DNA of 64,000 bases from a virus, in IMG/VR virus record IMGVR_UViG_3300031857_000055, positions 32,001 to 96,000 of that record; one strand, written 5' to 3'. The notes below the pieces were generated by a model that saw only the letters and a program-made list of their open reading frames with translations, ran no database searches and had not been told where the DNA came from. The position numbers were made by a program, and so were the translations under genes. Shown piece by piece: positions 31,432-40,900 of this stretch (positions are counted from its first letter, which is position 1; every line of letters starts with the position of its first letter).

Positions 31432-32018
31432 ATGATATAGTTGATAAGTTTGAAAAGCTGATTGCTAATTTTTATGGTGCACCATATGCAGTAGCAACAG
31501 ATTGCTGCACTCATGCCATTGAGTTGTGCTTGCGAATTGAAAAGCCGGAATATCCTATCAACTGCCCTACTAGAACTTACATAAGCGTACCCATGACATT
31601 CATGAAACTTGGAATGGAGTGGCAGTTTGACGATTATGATTGGGAAAATTACTATCACATAGGATGCACGAGCATCATTGATGCCGCAGTGTATTGGAAA
31701 CCTCGCGGGTATGTTCCTGGCTCAAAAATGTGTCTCAGCTTTCAGCACAAGAAACATTTGAGTTTGGGTCGCGGGGGCATGATCTTATTAGACAACTATG
31801 ATGATTATGTAACTCTCAAAAAAATGAGCTATGATGGAAGAATCCCTAACACACCTTGGGCAGAACAAGACATTGATACTGTCGGCTATCACTATTACAT
31901 GACTCCCGAAACCGCACAGACAGGCATCTATCGTTTTTGTGCAGCAGAAGTAAAAGAACCTCGTAAATGGTCATCACAAGATTATCCTGACCTATCAACA
32001 ATGCAAGTTTTTAAATGA
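31428..32018 (+). CDS. Short DegT/DnrJ/EryC1/StrS-family PLP aminotransferase
   Basis: 'AVATDCCTHAIEL', 'IIDAA', 'SFQHKKHL...GGM' (PLP lysine) and 'GYHYYM'. Only 196 aa. Confidence 0.75.
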   Translation: MNDIVDKFEKLIANFYGAPYAVATDCCTHAIELCLRIEKPEYPINCPTRTYISVPMTFMKLGMEWQFDDYDWENYYHIGCTSIIDAAVYWKPRGYVPGSKMCLSFQHKKHLSLGRGGMILLDNYDDYVTLKKMSYDGRIPNTPWAEQDIDTVGYHYYMTPETAQTGIYRFCAAEVKEPRKWSSQDYPDLSTMQVFK

Positions 32019-32869
32019 CATACTATCTACAACATAGTGAATGGATGAGTTCGCTTAGTATTCCTGAGGGAATGAACTTAGACATGTTGAACAACTTATC
32101 TAATAGATTAGAAGCATTACTTAAGCCCGCGCTTTCCAAACATAGTAAAGACAATATTGTTATTGATTTGGGAGCAGGAACAGGTGTGTTAGGATTGTTC
32201 GCATTATCACAGGGAGCAACGTTTGTTTACTTTGTTGAACGTGATCCGCAGATGTTTCATATACTTTCTAACGTGCTGCCTAATAAACTACCAGCAGATA
32301 AATTCAAACTTATTAACAAAGACATTGAAGATTTAACTATTGATGACTTTGATTGTGGAACGCCCGATGTTGTTGTCAGTGAGTTCTATGGACCGAGACT
32401 ATTTGACGAAGGATATGTAAACTATACAAAGCACCTACGCTCGTTCTTACCCGACTGTTATTTTATTCCAGAAACATTTGAAGTTGAATTCTATTTAGGA
32501 GACATTGATTACTCGCAGCCCATTTGGCCAAAAGACAATGAACTGGTAGACCATTTCAAGTTTATGTATAAAGAGAAGGGCTTCGCCAGACATATGGAGT
32601 TTGCAGGCGGAAAGTATGTGGGTTCAGTTTTGTTTGACGCAAACAAGCAAACGTTTGACAATGCGGTAGAATTTGTATATGATAAAAACACTGAGCAATT
32701 ATTAGTAGGTAGAGCAATCGTTAAGCACGGAGAACTAAATCAGTATTATACTACCTTAGGCTGGCTGATGACGGCTGACGATTGCGATAAAAAGTTTAGA
32801 ATCTACTACGATATTCCTAGCTACTTTAATCCAAGAAAGATTGATATTACCAATGCTGAGCAAGAATGA
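32015..32869 (+). CDS. Class I SAM-dependent methyltransferase, PRMT-like
   Basis: 'VIDLGAGTGVLG' motif I. 'DVVVSEFYGPRLFDEG' resembles the PRMT double-E loop. Confidence 0.75.
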   Translation: MTYYLQHSEWMSSLSIPEGMNLDMLNNLSNRLEALLKPALSKHSKDNIVIDLGAGTGVLGLFALSQGATFVYFVERDPQMFHILSNVLPNKLPADKFKLINKDIEDLTIDDFDCGTPDVVVSEFYGPRLFDEGYVNYTKHLRSFLPDCYFIPETFEVEFYLGDIDYSQPIWPKDNELVDHFKFMYKEKGFARHMEFAGGKYVGSVLFDANKQTFDNAVEFVYDKNTEQLLVGRAIVKHGELNQYYTTLGWLMTADDCDKKFRIYYDIPSYFNPRKIDITNAEQE

Positions 32870-33827
32870 ATGGGACCCTCTTAAAAGTGTGATTGTTGGC
32901 ATTGCAGATGACGCCAAGATTCCTCCCACTAACATTGGACTACGCACTGTCAATTACGCCGATCTAACATTCAGTGAATATATGGGTGTCAAACACGGTA
33001 GATATCCTGACCAGGTGATTGAAGAAGCGAACGAAGACTTAGAACGACTCTGTGAATTCTTGCGTGAAGAAGAAATTCAAGTGGTGCGTCCGAGTAGCAA
33101 CGACCCTGAATACTATAACTATTGTCCAAGAGATACAGTATTAGTTCACGATGACTTGATTCTTGCGACTCCAATGGCATTGTCATCTCGCAGAGATGAA
33201 TGGCGCGCAAGTAAACAATATTTTGATTTTTCTAAGTTAGTAGTTGCGCCAACGCCTGAACATTCAGACACTTATAACAGCAGATGTTTAGGCGACCCTG
33301 ATATATTAGCATTGCGTGAATATGAACCTATCTTTGATGCTGCTAATGTTCTACGAGCTAATGATGACCTGTTCTATTTGGTCAGCAATACTGGCAACAA
33401 GAAGGGTGCAGAATACCTACAAGAGCTTGTCGGTCCCGACAAACGAGTTCACACCATTGAAAACGTCTATAGCTATATTCATTTAGACAGCACTATTGCA
33501 TTTTTGCGTGAAGGTCTAATGTTACTGAATCCATCACGTATTAAATCAGTTGAACAATTGCCGGAAGTACTGCGTAATTGGGATATCATTTGGGCTCCAG
33601 AGCCAGTTGATATTGGTCACTACCCTGGCTACTGCAACGCAAGCAAGTGGGTAAACGTGAACCTACTCAGTGTCAGCCCTAAACTTGTAGTATTAGAAGA
33701 ACACCAGCATAATCTTAGACTTGAACTTGAGAAACATGGCATAGATTGTGCGATGCTACCTATGCGACATGCAAGAACACTGGGCGGATGCTTCCACTGT
33801 GTAACTTTGGATTTAGTACGGGGCTGA
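32853..33827 (+). CDS. Amidinotransferase (glycine/inosamine-phosphate amidinotransferase family)
   Basis: 'NEWDPLKSVIVG', 'CPRD', 'FDAAN', 'HLDST' and C-terminal catalytic 'GGCFHCVTLD'. Confidence 0.9.
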   Translation: MLSKNEWDPLKSVIVGIADDAKIPPTNIGLRTVNYADLTFSEYMGVKHGRYPDQVIEEANEDLERLCEFLREEEIQVVRPSSNDPEYYNYCPRDTVLVHDDLILATPMALSSRRDEWRASKQYFDFSKLVVAPTPEHSDTYNSRCLGDPDILALREYEPIFDAANVLRANDDLFYLVSNTGNKKGAEYLQELVGPDKRVHTIENVYSYIHLDSTIAFLREGLMLLNPSRIKSVEQLPEVLRNWDIIWAPEPVDIGHYPGYCNASKWVNVNLLSVSPKLVVLEEHQHNLRLELEKHGIDCAMLPMRHARTLGGCFHCVTLDLVRG

Positions 33828-33848
33828 TAGTTCTCGTTAAATACTATT

Positions 33849-35555
33849 ATGAATTCAAGAACCGAAATAGGTCATGTTTCTAGATTTTGGAATGACGATT
33901 TCAAATCATTGCCATATGTAAAGCAGCCCATCACTGATGAGGAAATAGCTAAATGGACTGAAATGGGATATGACTATGTAAAAAGCTTTAGTGGCTCTAT
34001 GTATGACAATCGCAATCCTATGCCTGACTGGGTTGCGACAATGGAAAATCTGCTCGGAATGTATGATCAAACTTATACAATCTATAGAATGAATACATTG
34101 GAAATCATGCCGGTTCATAGTGATCACTTTAACACTTATTGTAGACTAAACAATACCACTAGCGACAAAGTTCAACGTGTGATATTAATGCTTGAAGATT
34201 GGAAACCCGGGCATTACTTTGAAATGGACGGCATAGGATATGTCAATTGGAAAGCTGGCGATTGGTTCAAATGGACAGGTGATGTTCCGCATGCAGCCAG
34301 TAACATAGGCACTGAGCCTAGATATACACTACAGATAACCGGGAAGCCAGTTGCAGAAGGGCAACTGAATAAGTTATTCTATCACAACATTCCGGGCCTG
34401 CAAGATAATTGTACCCAACCATTCATTATAAACGATGTGTTGCCTAAGGTAAAAGAGCAACACGTAATGGTCTACATGAACAATAGATTTATTCATGAAT
34501 TGACTGATGTTGAACATGATGATGAAGCCAGAAGCATATTGAATAACGAGGGACTACACATTTATCTGTATGAACCTCTTTCAAGTTATGATAGAAATTG
34601 TCCTGACCATACTATGGGATTCTATTCAGAGTTCAACACTATTGAACCTGAAAATTTGGGCGCAGAAGAATTAGATAGTATCAGTCAGTATGCTATTCGC
34701 AATAGTCTTACTAATGTCACTGTGCATACCTGCGATTATGATGTTAAAGAATGGTATCCACACTACAGTAATCTCAATTTAATATGTGATGACCTGTTTC
34801 TAAAGACACAACGTAAGATTAGAAATCTTGATGAGGCATTTAGAAATCAATTCAACCAGAAATTCGTATGCTTGAATTGGCGCTTCACTAATCACAGACA
34901 ACTGGTATCTACATTCTTAGCAAATGATAACGGATACTTGAGCTGGTATCACAAGTCAGACTTTGAAAATCTATCAACGAATCTTTTCTTTAAGCTTGAA
35001 GATTGGAAAACTTCACATCCTGAGCATTATGCAAAGCTAGAGCAGGGTTGCGACATTGTGCTACAGCGTTCTCCATTTGTAGTAGACATTACAGCTAATC
35101 ATTCTAATGAGAACATGGGATGCTACGATATGTGGCCTGATGCAAATGATTATACACCTGGCGAGACTCCGGCGTTACGTAATATATTAGGGAATAGCCT
35201 CTCTAATGTGTACATTAATTCGTTTGTTGACATTATTAATGAAACAAGATTTGCACAACCTACTGCTAACTTTAGTGAAAAAGTTTTTCAGGCCATGCAG
35301 TACAAGAAGCCCTTCATTGTAGTAGCTCCTCCCAAAACATTAGAATATATTAGAAGCTTAGGTTTCAAGACCTTCAGCAATTTTTGGGATGAAAGCTACG
35401 ATGATGAATTAGAACATAGTGAAAGACTAGCAAAAATCTTTGACCTAATAGACATAATTAATGCAACACCACTGGACAAGTTACGTTCACTGTATGAGGA
35501 TATGCAGTCTACAGTAGAACATAATTTCAAAACTTATAAAGAGTTTATCCAATGA
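33849..35555 (+). CDS. Fusion of 2OG-Fe(II)/cupin-like oxygenase domain and TEK-family GT-like domain (copy 5)
   Basis: N-terminal 'MPVHSD...PHAASNIG...RYTLQITG' (HxD...H...R). C-terminal 'INETRF...FSEKVFQA...KPF...GFKTF...DESYD'. Confidence 0.65.
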   Translation: MNSRTEIGHVSRFWNDDFKSLPYVKQPITDEEIAKWTEMGYDYVKSFSGSMYDNRNPMPDWVATMENLLGMYDQTYTIYRMNTLEIMPVHSDHFNTYCRLNNTTSDKVQRVILMLEDWKPGHYFEMDGIGYVNWKAGDWFKWTGDVPHAASNIGTEPRYTLQITGKPVAEGQLNKLFYHNIPGLQDNCTQPFIINDVLPKVKEQHVMVYMNNRFIHELTDVEHDDEARSILNNEGLHIYLYEPLSSYDRNCPDHTMGFYSEFNTIEPENLGAEELDSISQYAIRNSLTNVTVHTCDYDVKEWYPHYSNLNLICDDLFLKTQRKIRNLDEAFRNQFNQKFVCLNWRFTNHRQLVSTFLANDNGYLSWYHKSDFENLSTNLFFKLEDWKTSHPEHYAKLEQGCDIVLQRSPFVVDITANHSNENMGCYDMWPDANDYTPGETPALRNILGNSLSNVYINSFVDIINETRFAQPTANFSEKVFQAMQYKKPFIVVAPPKTLEYIRSLGFKTFSNFWDESYDDELEHSERLAKIFDLIDIINATPLDKLRSLYEDMQSTVEHNFKTYKEFIQ

Positions 35556-36301
35556 CAAAAGAAAGAATAGCATTAATAGCGGGCTGTAGTCACAGCGCCG
35601 GTTCAGAAATAGACGGAAGTCAGGATAGCAAATACAGCAGAGATAGTGCGTTTGGATCAATTCTAGCTAATAAACTTGGTTATCGCCCTATCAATATTGC
35701 TATTAATGGGTCAACTAATTCAGGAATCGCCAGAAGTATCTTGATGTGGTTTGATGAGAACTATAATCCTGAAACAATGGATGTATACGTAATCGTAGGA
35801 TGGACAGAAAGTTCTAGAATAGAGGTTCCCGCTACCCACAGACCAAGTGATTTTCACTCAGGAAATCCCAGCATTGAATGGTATGACTCATCTGCTAATA
35901 GCTATCTTAGAATCAACTATGGCTGGGAAGGAAGCGGAAGTTATGAGAAGGAAATCATACCCAAGTATCATAAGTTTATGGCTGAAAATGAAATTTATCT
36001 AGAATATCAAACAGCCAGCACTGTCCTAATGATTCAGTATTTTCTAAAATCTAAAAACATACCATATGTTATGTGTAGTACAATGCATATGTTTAGGCCA
36101 CAAGAACATTTTACAAGCTATCTGGTAAACTTGATTGACGAAACGAGATACTATAATTTGAAGACTGATCAAGATAGTGCGTTTTATTGGAAATATAAAA
36201 ATCTAGGCTACGAAAATAGCAAAGCTGTGTATTGGCATCATAGTGAAGAACCTCACAGGCTATACGCAGAGGAACTATATAAGTTCATAGGAGAACAATA
36301 A
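35552..36301 (+). CDS. SGNH-hydrolase-like protein (copy 4)
   Basis: 'IAGCSHSAG...NIAINGSTN...YWHHSEEPHRLYA'. Confidence 0.55.
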   Translation: MTKERIALIAGCSHSAGSEIDGSQDSKYSRDSAFGSILANKLGYRPINIAINGSTNSGIARSILMWFDENYNPETMDVYVIVGWTESSRIEVPATHRPSDFHSGNPSIEWYDSSANSYLRINYGWEGSGSYEKEIIPKYHKFMAENEIYLEYQTASTVLMIQYFLKSKNIPYVMCSTMHMFRPQEHFTSYLVNLIDETRYYNLKTDQDSAFYWKYKNLGYENSKAVYWHHSEEPHRLYAEELYKFIGEQ

Positions 36302-36402
36302 TGAGATGGATTAGAAATATTATTAACAAGATCAAACGAGAAATTCAGTATCGTAAGAGAATCAAGGAACTCAAGAAAAGAGATCCTTTCATTTACAAGT
36401 GA
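36301..36402 (+). CDS. 33-aa basic peptide upstream of carbamoyltransferase (not in ORF track)
   Basis: MRWIRNIINKIKREIQYRKRIKELKKRDPFIYK. TAATG overlap with upstream stop; ends 6 nt before next ATG. Confidence 0.7.
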   Translation: MRWIRNIINKIKREIQYRKRIKELKKRDPFIYK

Positions 36403-36408
36403 GATAAA

Positions 36409-37902
36409 ATGAACTACGTAGGTATTAGTTGCGGCTTCCATGATGCCGGCTTAAGCGTCATTGATGATAATGGCAATATACTTTTTGCTGGGCATAGTGA
36501 GCGTTACAGCATGAAGAAACACGACAGCGAATTGTGTTTAGGCATTGTTGAAGATGCTAAACGCTATATCAACGATGACTTTGAAGTACACTATTATGAG
36601 CGTCCGTATGTCAAGGCTGTTAGGCAGTTTATTGCTAAGCAAAAGCTTGGCCCTTTCAATGTCAACGAGATTATTGGCAATCAGAACCTACGCGGATTAG
36701 ATAGTTTTAGGCACATTCGTCAGGGTAAAGTAAAGACTCACAATCATCATCTATGTCACGCCGCTGCAGGGTTCCAAACAAGTCCGTATGAAGATGCTAC
36801 CGTAGTTGTCATTGACGCTATTGGGGAATTAGATACTATTAGCATTTGGGATGCAACGTATGATAAGAACGGTAAAGCAAAATACAAGAAGATTTGGGGC
36901 CGTAAGTATCCTGACTCTATCGGACTATTCTACTCTGCGATGACAGCACGAGTAGGCTTGCGCCCGCTAGATGAAGAATACATTCTAATGGGCATGGCTG
37001 CATATGGTAAGCCTGTATATGATATCTCAATGCAACAACTGTTCATCAACTTTAAAGAGATTGTTTTAAAAGACAACCTGCACATCGGAGTTGATGAGAA
37101 GTTTCTAAAGGATGCAGACGAAATGGATATTGCTGCATCTGCACAGGTTGTTGTTGAACAGCTAATAGAAACAGTAATGAAGAAGGCTAAGAAGTTAGGT
37201 AGAAGTGACAATCTCGTATATGGGGGCGGCGTTGCTCTCAACTGTCTTGCCAACAGATTGATTGGCAAGTACTATCAGAACATTTGGATTATGCCTAACC
37301 CGGGCGATGCAGGCAACAGCTTAGGTGCAGCAGCGTTAGGCTATGGTAAGAAGGTCAACTGGACTGATGCTTTCTTAGGATTTGACATTGAAGGTGATTA
37401 TCCGGTTGACAATATCATCAAAGAATTATATAGTAACAAGATGGTAGGTGTCGCTAGTGGCAGGGCAGAATTTGGCCCTCGTGCATTAGGTAACCGAAGT
37501 CTACTTGCAGACCCTCGCGGGCCTGATATTAAGGATAAAGTAAATGACATTAAACGAAGACAGAAGTTCAGACCGTTTGCGCCTATCATTTTGGAGGAGC
37601 TGGTTACTGATTACTTTGATATGCCTAGTGGCTGGAGTGACAGTCGGTATATGCAAGTCATCGCTACTTGTAGGCTACCTGACTTATTTCCTGCTATCGT
37701 TCATCATGACGGGACTTCTCGTGTTCAAACTGTCCCGAATGACGGATCAGGAATTAGAAAACTACTAGAAGCTTGGTATAAAGAAACCGGCTGCCCAATG
37801 CTATTGAATACGTCATTGAACATTCGCGGAGAACCTATGGTTAATGATAGAAACGATGCGGACAGGTTTGAAAAACTCTATGGGGTAACTGTCTGTAGCT
37901 AA
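36409..37902 (+). CDS. O-carbamoyltransferase (NodU/CmcH/TobZ family)
   Basis: 'HDAG...ERY..KKH', 'HHLCHAA', 'DAIGE', 'GGVALNC', 'PGDAG', 'EFGPRALGNRSLLADPR' and 'LLNTSLN'. Confidence 0.93.
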   Translation: MNYVGISCGFHDAGLSVIDDNGNILFAGHSERYSMKKHDSELCLGIVEDAKRYINDDFEVHYYERPYVKAVRQFIAKQKLGPFNVNEIIGNQNLRGLDSFRHIRQGKVKTHNHHLCHAAAGFQTSPYEDATVVVIDAIGELDTISIWDATYDKNGKAKYKKIWGRKYPDSIGLFYSAMTARVGLRPLDEEYILMGMAAYGKPVYDISMQQLFINFKEIVLKDNLHIGVDEKFLKDADEMDIAASAQVVVEQLIETVMKKAKKLGRSDNLVYGGGVALNCLANRLIGKYYQNIWIMPNPGDAGNSLGAAALGYGKKVNWTDAFLGFDIEGDYPVDNIIKELYSNKMVGVASGRAEFGPRALGNRSLLADPRGPDIKDKVNDIKRRQKFRPFAPIILEELVTDYFDMPSGWSDSRYMQVIATCRLPDLFPAIVHHDGTSRVQTVPNDGSGIRKLLEAWYKETGCPMLLNTSLNIRGEPMVNDRNDADRFEKLYGVTVCS

Positions 37903-37910
37903 GTATACAT

Positions 37911-40900
37911 ATGCTTAGAGACGTTTTTTATTATGGCAAGAAGCCCAATGTCCACCCAAGAGAACAATTCGCAGAAAATCTAGCTGATGCTAGACTAAAG
38001 GCCACTACTCGTGACTTTTGGATCATCAACGAGTTCTGCGACTACAGAAATTTTGATTGGGACTTTGATTTTGAATTCCTCCCGGACGAAGACGTTTGGG
38101 CAGAAGATCACAATAACGTGTGGCCCAGTCAACATCAAAAAGATAGCGGCACCTGGTTGTGTTCTAAAGAACATAGTGACCTAATCATCTATCGCGGTGA
38201 CGTAGACCCAGTCATTCGTAAAAACGAAAAGACCGATCATTGGGTTGAACTTGATTTAATTAATCACAATAAGTTTGACTTTAGTTGGCACCCTGACCCA
38301 ACTGACCCTCCCTATATCTATAAGTGGCCCTGCAAGTTCTTCCCTGCTGAGTTCAAGCATGTGTTAGAATATCGTGTGCCAGGAGCAACGCAAGAAAAAT
38401 ACATGAACACAATTGCAGAGTTGGTTCCTGAGTATGATCGTTGGGAAGAACATCAAGCAATTGACAAAGATAGATTTGATATGTCGTGGAGACCGAATCC
38501 ACTTGACCCGCCATTCACATATGTTTGGGGCAACAAATATATTGACGGGACACTTAGGCCCACGCTGGAGTATCATACACCAGGAGCAACTGATAAGAAG
38601 TATATGTCAGAACTTGTTCCAGTACTGCCCGAAACTGATAGATGGAGCATAGTCGAAGATATTGATAAAACATCGTTTGACTTTAGCTGGAGACCTGATC
38701 CTAGAGAACCTGCATTCATTTACGTATTTGGTAACGAACAATATGATGGCACTATCATGCCTACTGTTGAGTATCACTGTCCCGATGCAAATGAAATTAA
38801 GTACGTCACTGATATCAAAGCCAAGCTATCAAGTAAGAGAGAATTATTTGAACATCTTGAAGACAGCTATGGTTTAGATTATACTTGGAGACCCGACCCT
38901 ACAAGTCCTCCCTATATCTATGCGTGGGGGAATCAGTGGAATGCTCCAGAAGATAAAATCTCAGTGCAGTATGTTGTAGATGGTGCAACAGAATACAAGT
39001 ATATGACTGACAGGGCTGTTCGCAGACCATGCATGGATAACTGGATAGTCCCCAAAGATGTTGATACAACTGGATTTGATTTCAGTTGGGAACCTAGCCC
39101 TGCTGCACCACCGTATATTTACGAGTTCGCAACACAATGGCAAAAGACGGGCGGCCCTCAGTATGTAGTGCCCGGCGCTACTGAGAAACAGTATGTTGAC
39201 TTCCAAAAGGTCAGAAAACTACCTTCAGTAGATAATTGGAATGTGCCTGATAACATTGATAGCACTACGTTCGACTTCAGTTGGCACCCAGACGATACAA
39301 GTCCCCCTTACATTTATGTGTTTGCTACCCAATGGGCATTCAGCGGCGGCCCTGTATACAAGGTAGAAGGCGCTACAGAAATCAAATACGTAGACGAACA
39401 AGTAGCGACTGCTAAGCCAGATAGAACCAATTGGGTCTATGATGAAAAACTAATTGATATAGCAGAGTTTGATTTTAGTTGGCATCCATATGTAGAAGAC
39501 CAGCCCTATATCTATCAGTTTGGAACTCAATGGCAAAAGACGGGCGGACCTAAGTACATTACCTCGGGTGCAGATAGCTCCAGCCCAGTTAAGTACATTG
39601 ACACCCGTATCATCAAGTCTACCCGTTTACCGACCCCAGATAACAAGTGTTGGAATAATCTATATCCTATAAAAGATTTTGATTATAGTTGGCACCCCGA
39701 CGACACCGAAGAACCATATATCTACGTGTTTGGAAATACTCAGTACCCTGCCGAAGAGTGTGCTACTATTGAATATAGAATGGAAGGTGCTACTCAGGTA
39801 AAGTATGTTCGTGATATAGTTGCGACATTAGATATAGATATGACTAATTGGGTCATACCAAAAAATGTAGACTGTGCGGGCTTTGACTTTAGCTGGATAC
39901 CTAATCCTAACGACCCTTTATATATCTATGAGTTTGGAACTCAGCATCAAAAGACGGGAGGACCTCGTTACGTAGTATCAAATGCTACTGAAATCAAATA
40001 TATTGATTCACAAAAGGTAATCATACTACCCAACAAAAGTGATTGGTTCATACCTGATAATGTTGATGTTGCTGAGTTTGATTTTAGCTGGCACCCTGAT
40101 GATACTGACCCTCCCTATATCTATCAATTCGGCACTCAGTGGGCGCTGTCGGGCGGCCCTCGTTATGTAGTTGACGGTGCAACAGAAATCAAATATATGG
40201 ATAATCTAGTTGCTAAGGCACTGCCTGATAGAACTAATTGGGTCTATGATGAAAACTTAATTGATGTAGCAGAGTTTGATTTTAGTTGGCATCCTTACGC
40301 AGAAGATGATCCCTATATCTATCAGATTGGTACTCAGTGGCAGAAAACAGGTGGCCCTAAATATATTACACCGGGGGCAGATTTATCTAGCCCTGTGAAA
40401 TATATTGACACACGTATTATCAAAGCTAGACGCTTAGAAAATCCTGAGAATACATGCTGGGTAAGAAATTATCCTATCAAGCATTTTGATTATAGTTGGC
40501 ATCCGGATGAGACAGAAGAACCTTATATCTATGTTTTCGGCAACAAGCAATTTTTAGCTGAGGAATGTGCCACCGTCGAATATAGAATACCGGGAGCAAC
40601 GACTGTAAAGTACATACCCGATATCATTGCAACATTAGATGTTAACATGGATAAATGGGTTGTCCCTGATAACATAGACACGACTGATTTTGACTTTAGT
40701 TGGATTCCTAATCCAAGTGAGCCACCATATATCTACGAGTTCGGCACTCAGTGGCAAAAGACAGGCGGACCTAAATATGTTATGCCGGGAGCTTGGCGCG
40801 GAACAAAATACGTTGATGATCAAACAGCAAAGAGACTTCCGGACCATCAGTACTGGACTGTTCCTGACTATATTGACAAGGAAAGCTTTGATTTTAGTTG

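Noticed and set aside
32853-37902. Saxitoxin-like toxin cluster (amidinotransferase + carbamoyltransferase + PFIY peptide)
   Set aside because: There is no SxtA-like PKS or other core sxt genes, and the context is sugar-modifying.
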